From: an uncultured Actinomycetes bacterium
Lineage (GTDB): Bacteria; Actinomycetota; Thermoleophilia; UBA2241
Direction: 5' to 3'
Assembly (NCBI GenBank): GCA_963767005.1
Contig: CAVYCN010000018.1
Coordinates: 32,001-96,000, forward strand
DNA: 64,000 bases
The translations under genes were made by a program, and so were the position numbers. The first letter of the stretch is position 1; each line of letters starts with the position of its first letter. The notes under the pieces are model-generated. The model saw only the letters and a list, made by a program, of their open reading frames with translations, was not told where the DNA came from and searched no databases. Below are positions 30,005-39,396 of this stretch, in pieces.

Positions 30005-31282
30005 CTACTTGCCGCTCGTCTTGACCAGGTTCGCGATCGTCTCCGCCGCGCCGGCGTCCATGCCCGGGGCGACGTGTGAGTAGATGTCGAGCGTCAGCGC
30101 GACGCTCGAGTGACCGAGCCTCTCCTGTACGACCTTCGCCGGAACGCCAGCGCGCAGCGCGAGGCTGGCGTGCGTGTGGCGGGCACCGTGCAGCGAGAGC
30201 GCCGGCAGCTTGGCAGCCTCTACGGCCTTGACGAACGCCCGGCTGACGTCGTTCGGGTCCAGCGGTGTGCCGGCCTTGCTCGTGAAGATGTAGTCGCCGG
30301 CGCCGTTCGCGATGTGCTGGCGCAGGATCTCCGCCGTCTCGGCGTCGAGCTGCACGACGCGCTGGCCGCTGTCGGACTTGGGCGTGGTCTCGATCACCTT
30401 CTTGTTGAGCGGCACGCGCGACTTACTCACCGAGATCGACCCGTTGGCCGCGTCAAAGTCGCTCAGGCGCAGGGCCAGAGCCTCGCCACGGCGCAGGCCG
30501 GTCATCAGGTACAGGCGCCAGAGAACACCCAGGCGGTCCGCCTTGGTCGCCTCAAGGAACGCCCCCACCTGCTCAGCGGTCCATGCTTTCTGAGCGGCTG
30601 TCGACGGCGCCGCAGGCCGCGGCAGGCGCTTGGTAACGCCTTTGGCGGGGTTGCGGCTCAACAGGCCGCTCACAGCAGCGTCATTCAGGGCGCGCGAGAG
30701 CGTCGCATGGACGCGCCGCACGGACGCCGGTGCCAGGCCGCCCTCGCCGCCGTTGGCCTTGCCTCTGGCGGCCAGGATCGCGTAATGGGCGCGGATGGCG
30801 TCGCGGGTGAGCTTCTGCAGTTGCACGGTGCCGATGTCGTACGGCGCCGCATCGCGACCGATCAAGTGGTTCTCGACTAGCTGCTTGTAAGACTGCAGCG
30901 TCGTCGGCTTGAGATCCTCGCCGGCGATCGCCGGCAGCCACTGGTCGCGCAGGTACTCGGCGAGGGTCAACTTCAGGGGCATGACGAACTCGCCCTCGCG
31001 CAGCGTGCGCTTGCGATCGTCGCGCGCGTCCTCCGCGTCCCTGCGCGTCCGAAAGCCGCCCTGCACGATCTGCCGTCGCTCCCGCGTGGCCTTCACGGCG
31101 CCACCACAGGCCGGGCAGGCCTCGAGGCGCCGCTGGCCGACCCACTGCCGCCGGCCGCACTGCTGGCAGCGTTGCGCCGCCTGCAGGCCGAGCTCGAGCG
31201 TGTAGGCCCATGAGCCGCCGTCGCTTCGACGTCTCACCCCTGCCCGCATCTGTCCGACCGTGGTCTCTTGCCTTGTCGCCAC
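30005..31282 (-). CDS. int: Tyrosine integrase
   Basis: Catalytic R (GLRRGE), K (TPK), HGAR, RLGHS and Y (DIYSH); SAM-like middle domain; GTG start just after the xis stop. Confidence 0.95.
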   Translation of the reverse strand: MATRQETTVGQMRAGVRRRSDGGSWAYTLELGLQAAQRCQQCGRRQWVGQRRLEACPACGGAVKATRERRQIVQGGFRTRRDAEDARDDRKRTLREGEFVMPLKLTLAEYLRDQWLPAIAGEDLKPTTLQSYKQLVENHLIGRDAAPYDIGTVQLQKLTRDAIRAHYAILAARGKANGGEGGLAPASVRRVHATLSRALNDAAVSGLLSRNPAKGVTKRLPRPAAPSTAAQKAWTAEQVGAFLEATKADRLGVLWRLYLMTGLRRGEALALRLSDFDAANGSISVSKSRVPLNKKVIETTPKSDSGQRVVQLDAETAEILRQHIANGAGDYIFTSKAGTPLDPNDVSRAFVKAVEAAKLPALSLHGARHTHASLALRAGVPAKVVQERLGHSSVALTLDIYSHVAPGMDAGAAETIANLVKTSGK

Positions 31283-31283
31283 G

Positions 31284-31493
31284 TCACTCCCCTTTCCGCT
31301 TGCGGGCCGACTCGCCCAGCACCGCATCGACCGAGGCCGGGTCGATGCGCCACTGGCCGCCGCGACGATCGCCGCCCGGTGTGCGGTAGCCCGTCAACCT
31401 GCCGGCCTCGAGCCACTGTCGGACTGCTTCGGCTGAGACGTCCAGCCGGGCAGCCGCCTCCGTGGTGGTCAAGAACTTCACCCTCGGTGTCAT
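31284..31493 (-). CDS. Excisionase-like HTH_17 DNA-binding protein
   Basis: FLTTTEAAARLDVSAEAVRQWLEAGRL...WRID; directly upstream of int. Confidence 0.88.
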   Translation of the reverse strand: MTPRVKFLTTTEAAARLDVSAEAVRQWLEAGRLTGYRTPGGDRRGGQWRIDPASVDAVLGESARKRKGE

Positions 31494-31814
31494 GCGCCCC
31501 CTATCTTGGTTCGATTGGTTCTACAGGCTCATTAGATACCGCCCAACGGTCGGCGTCAAGGGCCTGAAAGAGACCTGTCAAGAGAGGAATCGGACAGATT
31601 TCGGAGGGCCGGCGTCGCTATCGGCAGGACAGGAGTCGACCGGGCCTGACCCGGGTCGACGGGGCCGAAACGAGTCGAGCCGTTGGCGAAACGGCGGCTC
31701 GTATGATCGCTGCGGCATGTGCAAGAGCAAGCAATCGAGCAGGTGCAAAAACCTCCGGCAGATTTCCAGCGCCGGGTCCTCGACAATCGGCGAGTAAGCG
31801 TCACGAAGGAGGAG

Positions 31815-32039
31815 ATGGTGACCGGCACCGGCATCAGATTGACCGGCGAGCGTGAGGCCCTGCACCTCACGAAGTTCGCCCTCGGCGCGAAGTCGGGCGT
31901 GCACCCGTCACGCGTCGGGCAGATCGAGAGCGGCCACGTCGTGCCCTACGACGTCGAGCTGGCACGCCTGGCGCGGGCTCTGCACTTTGCCGGCGACCCG
32001 CACGAGCTGCTCGAGCCCTGCGGCGAGATCGTCGCCTGA
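31815..32039 (+). CDS. XRE/Cro-like HTH regulator
   Basis: LTKFALGAKSGVHPSRVGQIESG helix-turn-helix; AGGAGG RBS. Confidence 0.75.
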   Translation: MVTGTGIRLTGEREALHLTKFALGAKSGVHPSRVGQIESGHVVPYDVELARLARALHFAGDPHELLEPCGEIVA

Positions 32040-32047
32040 CCCGGACA

Positions 32048-32407
32048 ATGGCGACTGCCCCGACATGCGACGTGCACTGCCTGCGAGCGGGCCGCTGCAC
32101 GATCGTCGATGGCCAGCTGTTCTTCGACAGCGAAGAGCAGGCGGCTGCGGCTTGGGGAGTGTCGCCGAACGGCTTGGCCCTCGCCCGCCAACGCGGCGAG
32201 CTCGAGGGCGCGTACGTGGCGGTAGGACGTCGCGTGCTCTACAGCCGGCTGGCGCCCGTCCTTCGGGCGCTGGGCATCACTGGCCCGGAACAACTCGGGG
32301 CCTTCGCGAACGGCATCGGCATCACCGACGTCGCCGGCCTGATTCAGTTCCTGACGGGGCCGAGCGGCGTTGGCAACAGGGTGGCGACGGGCGCTGACGG
32401 AGGCTAA
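32048..32407 (+). CDS. Hypothetical protein (possible HTH-like region, N-terminal Cys cluster)
   Basis: 119 aa ORF in the operon; EEQAAAAWGVSPNGLALARQRG. Confidence 0.55.
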   Translation: MATAPTCDVHCLRAGRCTIVDGQLFFDSEEQAAAAWGVSPNGLALARQRGELEGAYVAVGRRVLYSRLAPVLRALGITGPEQLGAFANGIGITDVAGLIQFLTGPSGVGNRVATGADGG

Positions 32408-32459
32408 TCCTCGTGCCCGCCATCACTGTCACTGATGCACTGAAACGGAGGACCGACCT

Positions 32460-32780
32460 GTGGCGAGCGATCCCCAACCCCTGCCCGCCGGACGCACCGC
32501 GGCCTTCGACCTGCTAGCGGCCGACACCCGCGCCGGCACTCGCGTCCTGGTCGCTTGCCCCTCACGCTGCGTTCGGCGCCAGTACCTGCGCGGCATCGCC
32601 AAGCGCGGCGGCGACATCGAGAAGGTCTCGTTTGTGATCGGCACCTCGTTCCGCGACGCGCCTTGCGCCCTTGCCAAGGACCTGCGGCGCCAGTTCGGAC
32701 CGCGCTGTCGGGTGGTCGACGTACGCGAGCTCGGAAGGTCAGGCGGCGAAGGCGGTCGGCAGGCGAGCCATCATGACTGA
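32460..32780 (+). CDS. Hypothetical protein
   Basis: 106 aa ORF with ACGGAGG RBS, overlapping the start of the replication gene. Confidence 0.5.
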   Translation: MASDPQPLPAGRTAAFDLLAADTRAGTRVLVACPSRCVRRQYLRGIAKRGGDIEKVSFVIGTSFRDAPCALAKDLRRQFGPRCRVVDVRELGRSGGEGGRQASHHD

Positions 32781-34236
32781 GCTGCTCGCCGACTTCGCGG
32801 CCGAGGACGCACTCTGCGGCGCCGCCCTTTCGAACGAGGCCGCGGCGACCGCCTTCTGCGAGCTGGTCGATCCGATGGATCTCTACCAGGGCCCGCAGCG
32901 CCAGGTGGCGGAGGCGATTCGCTTGCTGCACGGCCAAGGCGGCGGCCACGTCGATGCCGTGGTCGTAAGCGCCTACCTGGGCGACAAGGTCGATAAGGCG
33001 CTGGTCCACAGCCTGCCGGACCTGTGCCCGGCGGCCACCAACGTTGCGACCTACGCCGGCATCGTGAGCACCATGGCGCGCCGCCGACGCCTGCTGGCCC
33101 TCTCGCACCGCCTGACCGACCTCGCCACGGCCAACGGCAAGCCTTCGGACGGCCTCCTGGCCGAGGCCGAGCGGCTGACCGACGAGGCCCTAGGGGCAGA
33201 GCGCGCGAGAGATGGGGCGAGCGGCTCGGAGCTACAGAGACGCTTCGACGACTTGGTGCTCACCGGGCCGCAGTTCGCTTCGCGGACCCCGGAGCTGATT
33301 GACTTCATCGCTCCCCCTTACGTCGCTCGCGCCCACCTGCACGAGATCGTCGGCAAGCTGAAGCACGGCAAGACGCGCTTCTACAGCGATCTCGCCTACT
33401 CGGTGCTCAACGGCATCCCTTTCTTGAACCAACCGACCCAGCAGTCGGCGGTGATGTTTCTGATGGAGGACAGCGACGGCACGATGCGTCTCAACCTCGA
33501 GCGCGCCGGCATCCTCGAACACCCGGATCTCCACCTCATGAACATCAGTTGGCTGTTCCGCTCCGGTCTAGTCTGGCAAGAGGTCTGCAGGTGCGTCGGC
33601 GACTACGTAGCGCGCCACGGCATCAACCTGCTGTTCACCGACACCTTCTTGCGCTGGGCGGGTCTCACAGAGGGCCAGGAGAGCGACTCCGGGGCCTGCG
33701 CTCAGGCCCTGGCGCCCCTGGATGCGATCAGGCAGGAGACGGGCGCCGCCATCGTCGTCGTGCACCACGAGGGCAAGAAGCACGGCGGCGATACCTCCGA
33801 TGCGGGGCGCGGGTCGTCGGCGATCGGCGCCTTCATGGACTCCATCCTGGTCCTGCGTCGCGTGTCGGGCCAAGGCCCGAAGGCCGCCCGCCGGCGCAAG
33901 CTCGAGTACATCGGTCGGTTCGATGCCCCGGCCAACGTCGTAGTCGAGCTCGACGGCGGCTCGGGCCACTACCGCCTGATCGGCGATGCCCTCACCACCG
34001 AGACCGAGCAGGCCCGGCAGTTCGCCCTCGACGCCCTGCCCGAGCACGAGACGCGCGCCGTCACCGAGCGCTGGCTCTGCGACGAGAGCGGCATCGACAG
34101 CTCGACCATGGGGCGCGCCCTCAAGGCCCTCATGCGTGACGGCTTCGTCACCGGCAGGCTCGGCGCCGGCGGGGCCAGCTCCAAGGCTTTCGGCTACTGG
34201 CTACAGGCAGACCAACAGGCCCTCGGCGAGTCGTGA
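32773..34236 (+). CDS. Replication protein: DnaB N-terminal-like domain + RepA/AAA_25-type ATPase/helicase + C-terminal winged helix
   Basis: DnaB_N-like AAEDALCGAAL...PAATNVATYAGIV; Walker A GKLKHGKT; Walker B LLFTD; VVHHEGK...GRGSSA; C-terminal HTH-like segment. Confidence 0.8.
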   Translation: MTELLADFAAEDALCGAALSNEAAATAFCELVDPMDLYQGPQRQVAEAIRLLHGQGGGHVDAVVVSAYLGDKVDKALVHSLPDLCPAATNVATYAGIVSTMARRRRLLALSHRLTDLATANGKPSDGLLAEAERLTDEALGAERARDGASGSELQRRFDDLVLTGPQFASRTPELIDFIAPPYVARAHLHEIVGKLKHGKTRFYSDLAYSVLNGIPFLNQPTQQSAVMFLMEDSDGTMRLNLERAGILEHPDLHLMNISWLFRSGLVWQEVCRCVGDYVARHGINLLFTDTFLRWAGLTEGQESDSGACAQALAPLDAIRQETGAAIVVVHHEGKKHGGDTSDAGRGSSAIGAFMDSILVLRRVSGQGPKAARRRKLEYIGRFDAPANVVVELDGGSGHYRLIGDALTTETEQARQFALDALPEHETRAVTERWLCDESGIDSSTMGRALKALMRDGFVTGRLGAGGASSKAFGYWLQADQQALGES

Positions 34237-34456
34237 ACAGATCCCTGAACAGGTTCTCGACCCCCAGGGCCTCAGCCGCTGCGCCCCGCGGACCTGTTCA
34301 CATCTCCTCTATAGGATGCGTATTGAACAGAACAGGTTCTCAGGCACGATTCGGTCGTCGACCTGTTCACCCTGCGACGGAAGGTCGCAGGGGGGTGAAC
34401 AGGGCTCCGAGAGCGGCCACCTGTTCACGGGAGAGGTTGAACAGTTCACTGAACAG
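34234..34456. repeat. Iteron array / putative replication origin (9 x TGAACAG in both orientations)
   Basis: TGAACAG at 34234, 34246, 34324, 34396, 34438, 34450; CTGTTCA at 34294, 34363, 34421. Confidence 0.8.
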
Positions 34457-34489
34457 TTCCCCCTCCCCGGGCGGGCAGTGTGGGCGTCA

Positions 34490-34719
34490 CGCTGGCAGCA
34501 TCCGCGCAATCGCGGGAGCGGTGGGGGTCCCGCTGGCGACCGTGCAGCGTGACGCGGCCAGGTTCGATATCAATCGAACCTGGCCGCGTCACGGGCCGCG
34601 ACGGCAAGACCTACCCGGCTCGCAAGAACGGCGTGTCGCGCGGCCGCGAGGCCACGGCCGAGCGCCGCGAGCGGCGAACGTTCGGGCCTCTACGCGCGCG
34701 CGCACGGGGCCGGCGGTGA
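34490..34719 (+). pseudogene. Frameshifted remnant of a phage-type HTH protein
   Basis: SIRAIAGAVGVPLATVQRD in one frame, followed by EPGRVTGRDGKTYPA in another. Confidence 0.5.
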
Positions 34720-34723
34720 TGGC

Positions 34724-35089
34724 ATGACCGACCCGATACCCGGCTCCGACCTGGTCATGCGCCGGTGCTCGACCTGCCGTCGCGACCTTCCGCTCGAGAC
34801 CGGGTTCTACCGCTGCCGGCGGCGCACCGGCGGCCGGGAGTACATCTGCAAGGACTGCCAGCGGGCGCAGAAGCGCAGCCCGGCCGGCAGGGCGATCGCC
34901 CAGCGCTACCGCGCTGCGCACAAGGACCAGGCGCGCCTGTACCAGGCTGGCTATCGCGCCGGGCGGCGCCGGGCGGCGCGAGACGCCGCGGCGATCGCGG
35001 AGCTCACGCAGTTGCTCGAGCAGCTCGAGGGAGTTGTCAAGCGGTTGGCGCCGGGCCGTTCTCAGCCTCGAAACGGCTACCGTGCATGA
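34724..35089 (+). CDS. Small Zn-finger protein (phage-type)
   Basis: CSTC...FY...CKDC followed by a basic helix; resembles the N-termini of phage HNH/EndoVII proteins, but no nuclease domain is seen. Confidence 0.65.
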   Translation: MTDPIPGSDLVMRRCSTCRRDLPLETGFYRCRRRTGGREYICKDCQRAQKRSPAGRAIAQRYRAAHKDQARLYQAGYRAGRRRAARDAAAIAELTQLLEQLEGVVKRLAPGRSQPRNGYRA

Positions 35090-35279
35090 CCCCCTGTCAT
35101 CCAACGACGCAGCGGCGGTCGGCGCCGGCGGGTTCGCCACGCCCACCGCGCGCCGGCCCCGGTGCGTCGAAAAGCGTAGCGACAAAAGCGACGGCGCCCG
35201 AAATCGCCGAACCAGGCGGCGACGGCGGGTCCAGACTTGACCACAGAAGTGCTCTGCAGCCCCGAAGGGACGTGAGCCG

Positions 35280-35477
35280 ATGACAGCCACCGCCGCGCTG
35301 ACTGTGACCGAGACCGCTAGGCGCCTCAACGTCTCGACCGCCCTCGTCTACCGACTTGTCCGCCGCGGTCAGCTGCCGGGCGCCGCGCGCGTCGGCCGCT
35401 CCTGGCGCATCGACGCGCGGCGCTTGGACGCCGCCCTGTTCGGGGCTCCCGCGGCAGACTCGAGGGCCGTCAAGTGA
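35280..35477 (+). CDS. Excisionase-family HTH_17 protein
   Basis: LTVTETARRLNVSTALVYRLVRRGQLPGAARVGRSWRI. Confidence 0.85.
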   Translation: MTATAALTVTETARRLNVSTALVYRLVRRGQLPGAARVGRSWRIDARRLDAALFGAPAADSRAVK

Positions 35478-35505
35478 CAGACCGGCCGCCGACTCGCGCC
35501 CCGTC

Positions 35506-35663
35506 GTGAGCATCGCGGAGGCCGCCGCACACCTGGGCACGAGCGTTGACACCTGCGCGACCTCGTAAGGTGCGGCCGATTCGCGGACGCCTTGGACGCC
35601 CTGCTCTGGCGCCTCGCCGGCTGCGACGCGGACGAATTGCTACCAGACGACGAAGACGACTGA
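35506..35663 (+). pseudogene. Frameshifted HTH_17-like gene
   Basis: SIAEAAAHLGTSVDT continues as LRDLVRCGRF...DDEDD* after a frameshift near 35553. Confidence 0.5.
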
Positions 35664-35692
35664 AACCCCGACCCCGACAGGAGAACCGACCC

Positions 35693-36630
35693 ATGAGTGA
35701 CACACCCTCGCCCTTCGCCCGCAACCTCGACCGGACCGACCCCTCGAACTTCGGCATCCCCCCGAACACCCCGACCAGCATCCCCGACACCACGATCGTC
35801 AGCGGCGCCAACGTGCAGTCGGCGCAGGCAACGGTCGCGAGCTACCGCACCATCGCCGAGAACCGCTGGGAGACGTTCCGCACGGCCCACGAGGCCGATC
35901 TCAGGACGGCCGGCGTGGCCGCCTGTTCGAGAACGTCGTGGCGGACGCGACGGCCATCTTCGACGCCTCGGACGGGCTGCTCACCACGGCACTGAGCGTC
36001 GCCACGAGCCGCTTGCTCTCAGCGGAATACGCAATGCAGAAGCTTCGCGACGCCCACACCACGGCGAGTGGTACGTGGCTGGCCGAGTTCGTCGCCTTCG
36101 ACGGCGATCTGGGCGCCTTCGTCGCGAGCCTCGCCAACGCGGCGTATCCGAAGCCGAGCGGCGACGAGGCGCTTCTGCGCCAAGAGGCCGCCACCATCCT
36201 GCACGCCGGCGACGCCGACCACCGGCCCGTCGATGCGCTTCGCAAGCTGGCCGGCGCCGAGCGCCGCGACCTCGCCGCGTTCGCGCTGAGTCCGTGGGCG
36301 TCCACCTGGGCCGGCACTCGCGGGGTGTCCGCGCCGGACCTGCAGGCCGTTCGCCTCGCGGCCATCGAGGCCGCGAAGGATCTCGGCGCCGAGGCTGAGC
36401 AGGCCGCGGCGCGCGCCTACGCCGACGCGATGGCTCTCCTGGGCGTCCGTCCGTGCATGGTCATCGCTGCGCAGGCCGCCGGCAACGTGGCACCGCTCGC
36501 AGCTGGGCTGGGGTTCAACGTCGACTACCCGGTCGGCAAGCAGTCGATCGACTTGCTCGCGTGGCGCGCTGGACCCGCCGACGCGCCGCCATCACGACGG
36601 TCTGAGGTCGCAGCATGCCGGAATCCGTGA
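35693..36630 (+). pseudogene. Hypothetical helical protein, apparently split by a frameshift near 35920
   Basis: ATG 35693 with AGGAGA RBS; protein-like sequence switches frame into ORF 35938..36630. Confidence 0.5.
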
Positions 36631-36632
36631 CA

Positions 36633-37090
36633 ATGAAGTGGCGCGGCGTCGAGGCGACGGCGGCGGAACGCGCTGGCGCTGCCGCGGCCTCACCCTCTGG
36701 GCCGAGCACGTGCTGCAACAGTCGGTCGAGATCGTGCCGCTGTTGGAGGGCACGCTAGAGCGCAGCGGCGCGGTCAGTCCAGCGAACGCCGAAAGCCTGA
36801 CGGCCGCCGTCTCCTACGACACGCCCTACGCGGTGCGCCAGCATGAGGACCTCACGTATCACTATCCGAACGGGCGCCAGGCGAAGTACCTCGAAACGCC
36901 GCTCAATGCGTCGGTCGACACGGGCAAGGCGTTAGTGGCCGAAGAGATCCACGCGGCGCTCACCGGCGGCCGGCTGCGCCCGTCCTATCGGCGGCCGAGG
37001 ACGCCTCGACCCCCGACGACAGCGGCGGCCCGGACGTGGGTGACATGGTCAGCGACGTGGCCAGCGTGGCGCAGGTCGTGGTCAACGTGA
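36633..37090 (+). pseudogene. Phage HK97 gp10-like (tail-completion/minor structural) gene, frameshifted near the 5' end
   Basis: MKWRG...AA then RGLTLWAEHVLQQSVEIVPLLEGTLERSG...VSYDTPYAVRQHE...AKYLETPL, recalled from actinophage gp10-like proteins. Confidence 0.6.
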
Positions 37091-37288
37091 TCGCGCCCGA
37101 AACGCTCATCTTCGACCTCTGACCGGAAGACGATCAGGGGCAGCGGCCATGACCATCCAACTGATCGAAACCGCCCAGTCCGACGAGCTGCTCGAGCCCG
37201 ATTTCATGTTCGCCGACGACGACCGGACCGCGACGAGCAGCTGCAGCAGCGAGCACAGGAGTGGAAAGAGCGAATCGGCCACGGGGCC

Positions 37289-38107
37289 GTGGCCGACCTG
37301 TGGACGGGCTGCAACTTCGGCTGCAGGTACTGCCTGCCGATGGCTCGCGGCTGGGCGGCGCAGTGGCAGGAGCGCGCCGCCCTGCCGCCTGGGCACCGCT
37401 TGCTAGACAGCCACGTCCAGCCGCGCACCTGCGACCCGCTCAATACCGTGCGACTGGAGGCGACCGAAGGTCCGGCCCCGCCGGCTGTGCTCTCTCCCTT
37501 CAGCGACCCCTATCCGCCCGAGGAAGAGGCGGCCGGCGTGACCAGGGCTGCGATCGCGGCCCTGCACGGCTACGGTATCGGCGTCCAGATCATCACGAAG
37601 TCGGGAACGCGGCCCGTGCGTGACTTTCAGGCGCTCCGCCCGGGCCGCGGCGCGAAGCGAGGCGCGAAACTCGGCGCCCATCCCGACGACGCCTTTGGTG
37701 CGACCCTCACGTTCGTGAACGAGGGCGACTCGCGAGCCTGGGAGCCTCGAGCAGCGTCGCCCGCGGAGCGCATGGCGGGTCTCGAGGAAGCGCACCGGCG
37801 CCGCATCCCGACGTTCGTCAACCTAGCTCCCGTGATGGACGCCAACCAGGCCCTCGAGCTCATCCGCCGCACGCACGCCTACGTCGACTTCTACCACGTC
37901 GGCATGATGCGGCAGCGCGAAAGCGCGGTCTCACCGGCCGACTACGAGGGATTCGGCCGGCAGGCGGCGGTGCTGTGCCGGGACGTGAACGTCCCCTGCT
38001 CCATCAGCCGACCGACGAACAGCGTCGACGAGTGCTACAGGATCGTGGACGACGTCATGAGCCTCGCCGGCTGGCGGATGACTTGCGCGACGCGCCCCGA
38101 GTGGTGA
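37289..38107 (+). CDS. Radical SAM protein, SplB/DNA-repair-like family (5' part possibly frameshifted from ATG 37149)
   Basis: GCNFGCRYC (CxxxCxxC), FSDPYP, IITK, WEPRAASPAER motifs. Confidence 0.75.
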   Translation: MADLWTGCNFGCRYCLPMARGWAAQWQERAALPPGHRLLDSHVQPRTCDPLNTVRLEATEGPAPPAVLSPFSDPYPPEEEAAGVTRAAIAALHGYGIGVQIITKSGTRPVRDFQALRPGRGAKRGAKLGAHPDDAFGATLTFVNEGDSRAWEPRAASPAERMAGLEEAHRRRIPTFVNLAPVMDANQALELIRRTHAYVDFYHVGMMRQRESAVSPADYEGFGRQAAVLCRDVNVPCSISRPTNSVDECYRIVDDVMSLAGWRMTCATRPEW

Positions 38108-38222
38108 CCGCGCACGTTGGCGACTCGTTGTCGAGGCGCAGGAAACGCGCTCGCCGCCACGGCGCTGCATCATAGGCAGTGATGCGGTGATACCATCGCG
38201 GCTGTCGAGCGGGGGGCCCGCG

Positions 38223-38393
38223 ATGGCAGTATGTCCGAGGTGTGGGCAGCAGCTGGTGAGCGGCCGGTGCATCAACTGCCAGCCGCTCCGCCCGGGCTTC
38301 GACAGGACGACCTTCCTCATCGGCCAGGTCTGGAAGCTCGTCATGCTGATCGTCTTCATCGCGATCCTGCTCTTCTTCATCTGGCACTGCTGA
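38223..38393 (+). CDS. Small Zn-ribbon membrane protein
   Basis: CPRC...CINC followed by one strongly hydrophobic helix. Confidence 0.55.
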   Translation: MAVCPRCGQQLVSGRCINCQPLRPGFDRTTFLIGQVWKLVMLIVFIAILLFFIWHC

Positions 38394-38487
38394 ACCGCGT
38401 TCGGAGCGACTCCGTCGCAACGACGGTGGGGCCGCCGCGCATACGATCCCGCGAATCTAGAGTTGCGCTACCCGGATAGGAGGGGCC

Positions 38488-38862
38488 ATGTCTCGGAGAA
38501 CGTTGGCGGTAGGGGCGGTCGCAATCATCGCGCTGGCCCTTGTACTGTCGGCCTGCGGGTCGAAGGACCCGTTCGTCGGTGACTGGAAGCAGTCTGACCA
38601 GGGCGGCACGATGTACTTCCACGTCGACGCGCCAAAGAACGGGGTCTACGACATCAGCTGGAGCAACGGAACATCCGGGACGGAGAGCCCCACCGCCGAC
38701 ACCTCAGAGGTGATGCACTTTCAGGTGAAGAAGACGGGGTCCGGGGTCTACTCGGGCGGCGACCCCACAACGACCCTCACCCTGGTCGGCGACAAAAGCA
38801 TGACGGTCGAGTACATGGACACCGACAACCAAGAGGCCCGCGCCAATTTCACGAAGCAGTAG
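38488..38862 (+). CDS. Lipoprotein of unknown function
   Basis: Signal peptide with lipobox LSAC, DPFVGDW, AGGAGG RBS. Confidence 0.8.
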   Translation: MSRRTLAVGAVAIIALALVLSACGSKDPFVGDWKQSDQGGTMYFHVDAPKNGVYDISWSNGTSGTESPTADTSEVMHFQVKKTGSGVYSGGDPTTTLTLVGDKSMTVEYMDTDNQEARANFTKQ

Positions 38863-38874
38863 GGGAAGCCCGCT

Positions 38875-39282
38875 TCACAGCTTGCTCGCCAGGGCAGCCG
38901 GGATACTGCTCCACCGCATCGTCGCGGGATCAGCAGAGAGCAACTCTTCAATCACCGCGGCCTTGCGCCGACGGGTGACGTGGGCCCGCACCTCTTCGTC
39001 GGGGTTACGAGAGGGACGGACGGGCTTCGACGGACAAGCCTTCGGAAACGCGGTCCACGTGTTCGCCTCGTCCGGGTCAATACGCTCCAGCGGCCTAAGC
39101 ATGTAGACGAACTCCTCGCTGCCTTCCTCGGAGAGCTCGCTCAAAGCGTAGACCGTCCCGTCCTTAAGAAGAAGGCTGCGTCCGGGGCTTGCCGCCAGGC
39201 GCAGGCCCAGCGGCCTCCGCTCCTCTTCCCAAGTGAAGTCGCCGAGCAGTTCCCAACCCTCGAGCGGATCGCGATCGTCCAC
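38875..39282 (-). CDS. Hypothetical protein
   Basis: 135 aa ORF with non-shadow amino acid composition. Confidence 0.5.
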   Translation of the reverse strand: MDDRDPLEGWELLGDFTWEEERRPLGLRLAASPGRSLLLKDGTVYALSELSEEGSEEFVYMLRPLERIDPDEANTWTAFPKACPSKPVRPSRNPDEEVRAHVTRRRKAAVIEELLSADPATMRWSSIPAALASKL

Positions 39283-39396
39283 GGAGCCCCCCCACGTCGA
39301 TACCGTGCCGGCATCATGTCAAAACTCCCTGGGACGAGAAAGGTCCGCCACCGCCGCAACGGTGGCGGACCTTTCTGTCGTTCCGGTACAGGTCGC

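Noticed and set aside
34234-34456. CRISPR array
   Set aside because: Repeats are 7-9 bp, irregularly spaced and in both orientations; no cas genes in the window
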